Source: Leucoraja ocellata (taxonomy: Eukaryota). Taken from it: a stretch of 64,000 nt of DNA. Shown in pieces: positions 60,411-64,000 of the stretch. The position numbers and the translations under genes are program-made. The stretch covers positions 7,192,001 through 7,256,000 of the forward strand of contig JAWMAR010000095.1 in assembly GCA_036785375.1 (NCBI GenBank). The letters run 5' to 3'. A model generated the notes under the pieces. The model did not search any database. It saw only the letters and a list, made by a program, of their open reading frames with translations, and was not told where the DNA came from. The number at the start of each line of letters is the position of its first letter. Positions within the stretch are counted from its first letter, which is position 1.

Positions 60411-62144
60411 GAATAATATGCCAAGTCAGCTGATTACAGAATGCGGCATGATTGTCGCTCATGTCTAACATCACACACGCTTTCATAACAAGCAGCTACC
60501 TTAACTAAACAAGAAATGTACATTGAAAAATATATTGATTTAACATTTTCTACTTTCCCTCACATAAATTCGATCAGCATAAACTTTATTCTATGTGGCA
60601 GCTGGCCACATATTCCCCTCTCCTGCAAGCTTTTCTAAAGGATTACTTCCTTCATGACTCCCTGGCCTGCTCTTCCCTTCCCATGTCCCACACCTCATCT
60701 TATGACACTCGTGACATCCCACGCAACTCCACGAGATGCAACACCTCTTTCATTACGAAAGTCACTTGACGTACTTTGGCTTTTGCACTATCACGGACTG
60801 GTTTACTTAGTGTAGTGGCCATTTGGCTTGTTTTGTGGGTCATTAATTATGGCACGTGTCTTTAAATTTTAGACTGCCCGTTGTATTGTGGGTGGGATTT
60901 ATGACGTATTTTTGGCCGTGTTTACAGCTACGTTTCTTGCGCAGAAACTTAGTGTTTAGTTTAGTTTGGAACCAGCATGGAGAAGCTTTACCCTTTGACC
61001 ATGCGAAGTGTAACGGAGGCACGAGGAGTTTTCTAATGTTTAAAGCAATAAGCTGGAGTTCGATGAAGATTACAGTAACGAGTCGGAAGAAGTTTGGATG
61101 TACCTTATTGTTTTCATCAACAATACAGAATTTATTCATCAAAAGACTGCGTTTTGAAGACTTATCTATGAAGAAGCTCTGAAGGTCTCTGACGGTGAGC
61201 TCGCATGCGTAAAAAGACATTCCCCTTAACCATGCAGTCCATTTAGCGGCTAGAGGGAGTAATCCCTTGTACGATATAAAAATCTGCCGCTACATTTAGA
61301 ATAACTGATAATTTATTGTATATATATTGTTGTTGCGTCTAATGCGCATTTAAAGCTGCAGTAAGAAAGAACATCATTGTTCGAACTGATATCTGCTGCA
61401 TATGACAAATAGACACTTTTGAACTCTTCCATTCCCAACTTTCGGGGATGGAAGATGGCTCTCCAGTTGGGGCAATGATTCAGTTGTACTTCATCCAATC
61501 TGGTGTCCTGCATTCTCCACATTTGAAAAAACCAAACACAGATTCTACAGAACATGCATTCAATCATAGAGTTGCCTCCTGCTTTAATTCTCCATCCTAC
61601 TCCCACTCTCTGCCCGTGAACTCCTTATTGTTATCAGGCAACTGAATCATTCTATCACAACTAGAGAGCAGACTCGAACTACTATCTACCTCATTGGTGA
61701 CCCTCGGACTATCATTGATTGAACTTTACTGGCTTTACCTTGCACTAAACGTTATTCCCCATCATCTATCTATACACTGCATATAGCTCGATTGTAATCA
61801 TGTATTATCATTCCGTTGACTGGTTAGCACACAACAAAAGCTTCTCTCTGTACTTTGATACACGTGACAATAAACTAACCTAAACTAAACTAAAACTTCA
61901 TAGTTCCAACAAGATCCAAATCAAGTTTCAGGAAAAACACCTAATTTTCCATCTGGTCCTGCAACCTTCAGGACTCTATTGAGAATGATCCAACTTTATA
62001 TAATTCATTCTTTCTGTCAGTCTACATTTGAACAGGCCATTTCTGCCCACTATAAATGTTTTCTATTTGTATTGTCTGTTTTGCTGGGCATTTACCAGTC
62101 TATTAGCAACACAAATAAGCATAATCTGATTCTAACTGTTATAA

Positions 62145-62540
62145 TAGACAATAGGTGCAGGAGTAGGCCATTCAGCCCTTTGAGCCAGCACTGCCATTCA
62201 ATGTGATCATGGCTGATCATCCCCAATCAGTACCCCGTTCCTGCCTTCTCCCCATATTCCCTGACTCTGCTATTTTTAAGAGCCCTATCTAGCTCTCTCT
62301 TGAAAGCATCCAGAGAACCTGCCTCCACCGCCCTCTGAGGAAGAGAATTTCACAGACTCACCACTCTCTGTGAGAAAAAGTGTTTCCTCATCTCCGTTCT
62401 AAATGGCTTACTCCTTATTCTGAAACTGTGGCCCCTGGTTCTGGACTCCCCCAACATAGGGAACATGTTTCCTGCCTCTACCGTGTCCAAGCCCTTAACA
62501 ATCTTATATGTTTCTATGAGATACTCTCTCATCCTTCTAA
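62145..62540 (-). mobile_element. CR1 3' fragment
   Basis: LIETYKIVKGLD...FFSQRVVSL; tagacaataggtgcaggagtagg tail. Confidence 0.88.
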
Positions 62541-62924
62541 AAGGATTTAGAGTTACATTTACTAATTTGGTCTCAGGCTAGAGATACTCCCTTTGTGCTA
62601 CTTATCCATCTTCCACCTTCTCAGCTGTTGAAAACTAACTTGTTTTCTCTGCCAGTTATGATGAAGAGTCTTGGACCTGAAACATTAAATGTTTCTTTTT
62701 CCACAGCTGCTGCCAGACCTGGCTGTTTCCAACATTTTATTTTCCATTTCAGATTTCCTGCATTTGAAGTAATTTGATTTCCATGTGTTATTTGGCGTGA
62801 CATTAATTTTGTACAAACCAATGGAAGTTGTCCACAGTGTAAATGAAGAACTTTGTCAATATACAGCAGATAGTTATTCGAGAACTAGTTCAAATAGGTT
62901 TATCCATTGCACTGATTTTCAGAG

Positions 62925-63222
62925 ATGGAAACAATCCCTTCGGCCCACCGAGTCCACGTCGACCATTGATCATCCATACACTAGTTCGACGTTATCCTGC
63001 TTTCCCATCCAAAACACTTGGGGGTAAAACACTTAGAGGCTAATTGACCTACAAACCTACGCGTCTTTGGTATGTGGGAGGAAATGGAAGGACTCAGAGG
63101 AAACCCACAGGGTCACAGGGAGAACACACAAGCTCCGCACAGACAGCACCCATAGTGGCGATCGAACCCGGGTCTCTGGCGCTGTGAGATAGCAGCTCTA
63201 CTGCTGCGCCACTGTGCCACCT
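62925..63222 (-). mobile_element. HE1-like SINE
   Basis: Minus strand A-box TGGCGCAGCAG, B-box GGTTCGATCG. Confidence 0.85.
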
Positions 63223-63320
63223 CTTGCATTACATGTCACAGGCCCAGTCTTGCAGACGTGTCCTCCAGGACTCAGCCAGCTCAGTCAATGTCGATGAGAC
63301 ATTCCAGGTACCTGTAAATA

Positions 63321-64000
63321 CTGTGGCCTCCATAATGTTTGGGACAAAGACCAATCATTTATTGATTTGTTTCTGTACTCCACAATTTGAGATTTGTAAC
63401 AGAAAAAAATCTCATGTGGTTAAAGTGCACATTGTCAGATTTTATTAAAGTGTATTTTTATACATTTTGGTTTCACCAAATTTTGGTTTCATGTTGAAAT
63501 TACAGCTGTGTTTATACATCGTCCCCCCATTTCAGGGCACTATAATGTTCGGGACACATGGCTTCACAGGTGTTTGTAGTTGCTCAGGTGTGTTTAAATG
63601 CCCCCTTAATGCAGGTATAAGAGGGCTCTCAGCACCTACAGTCTTTCCTCCAGTCTTTCCATCACCTTTGGAAACTTCTATTGCTGTTTATCAACATGAG
63701 GACCAAGTTGTGCCAATGCAAGTCAAATAAACCATTGTGAGACCGAGAAACAAGAATAAAACTGTTACAGACATCAGACAAACATTAGGCTTACCAAAAT
63801 CAACTGTTTGGAACATCATTAAGAAGAAAGAGAGCACTGGTGAGCTTACTAATCGCAAAGGGACTGGCAGGCCAAGGAAGACCTCCACAGCTGATGACAG
63901 AAGAATTATTTCTATAATAAAGAAAAATCCCCAAACACCTGTACGGCAGATCAGAAACACTCTTCAGGAGTCAGATGTGGATTTGTCAATGACCACTGTC
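63321..64000 (+). mobile_element. Tc1 transposon, third copy, cut by the window end
   Basis: TA then TIR; transposase N-terminus [24 protein letters not shown]. Confidence 0.92.

Noticed and set aside
59621-64000. Further upstream LYST exons
   Set aside because: No splice-bounded LYST-like frame found; the region is mostly repeats, and the next exon probably lies outside the window.

Overview
This is eukaryotic genomic DNA, not microbial. The repeat families (HE1/V-SINE-like SINEs, CR1/HER1 LINEs, Penelope, Rex1, Tc1) point to a cartilaginous fish, probably a skate or ray; this is inferred from repeats only. The minus strand carries the 3' part of LYST (lysosomal trafficking regulator, Chediak-Higashi gene): 27 coding exons from 59620 to the TGA at 7899. 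All have GT/AG boundaries and compatible phases, and they splice into about 1310 codons covering the PH-like, BEACH and WD40 regions. The rest is intron, 3' UTR and 3' flank packed with transposon fragments. I found no new multi-gene system. The best leads are: (1) a candidate extra 162-bp in-frame LYST cassette exon; (2) a 1.7-kb foldback DNA element (TAG...CTA termini, TAA duplication, Academ-like) nested in a Tc1, with a micro-inversion in one arm; (3) dispersed Penelope-derived minimal hammerhead ribozyme motifs; (4) a Helitron carrying a homogeneous 20-bp minisatellite; (5) a 38-bp intronic hairpin; (6) two locally templated, non-tandem duplications. Exon coordinates were read by hand. 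Repeat boundaries are approximate, and family names rest on recalled motifs, not on a database search.
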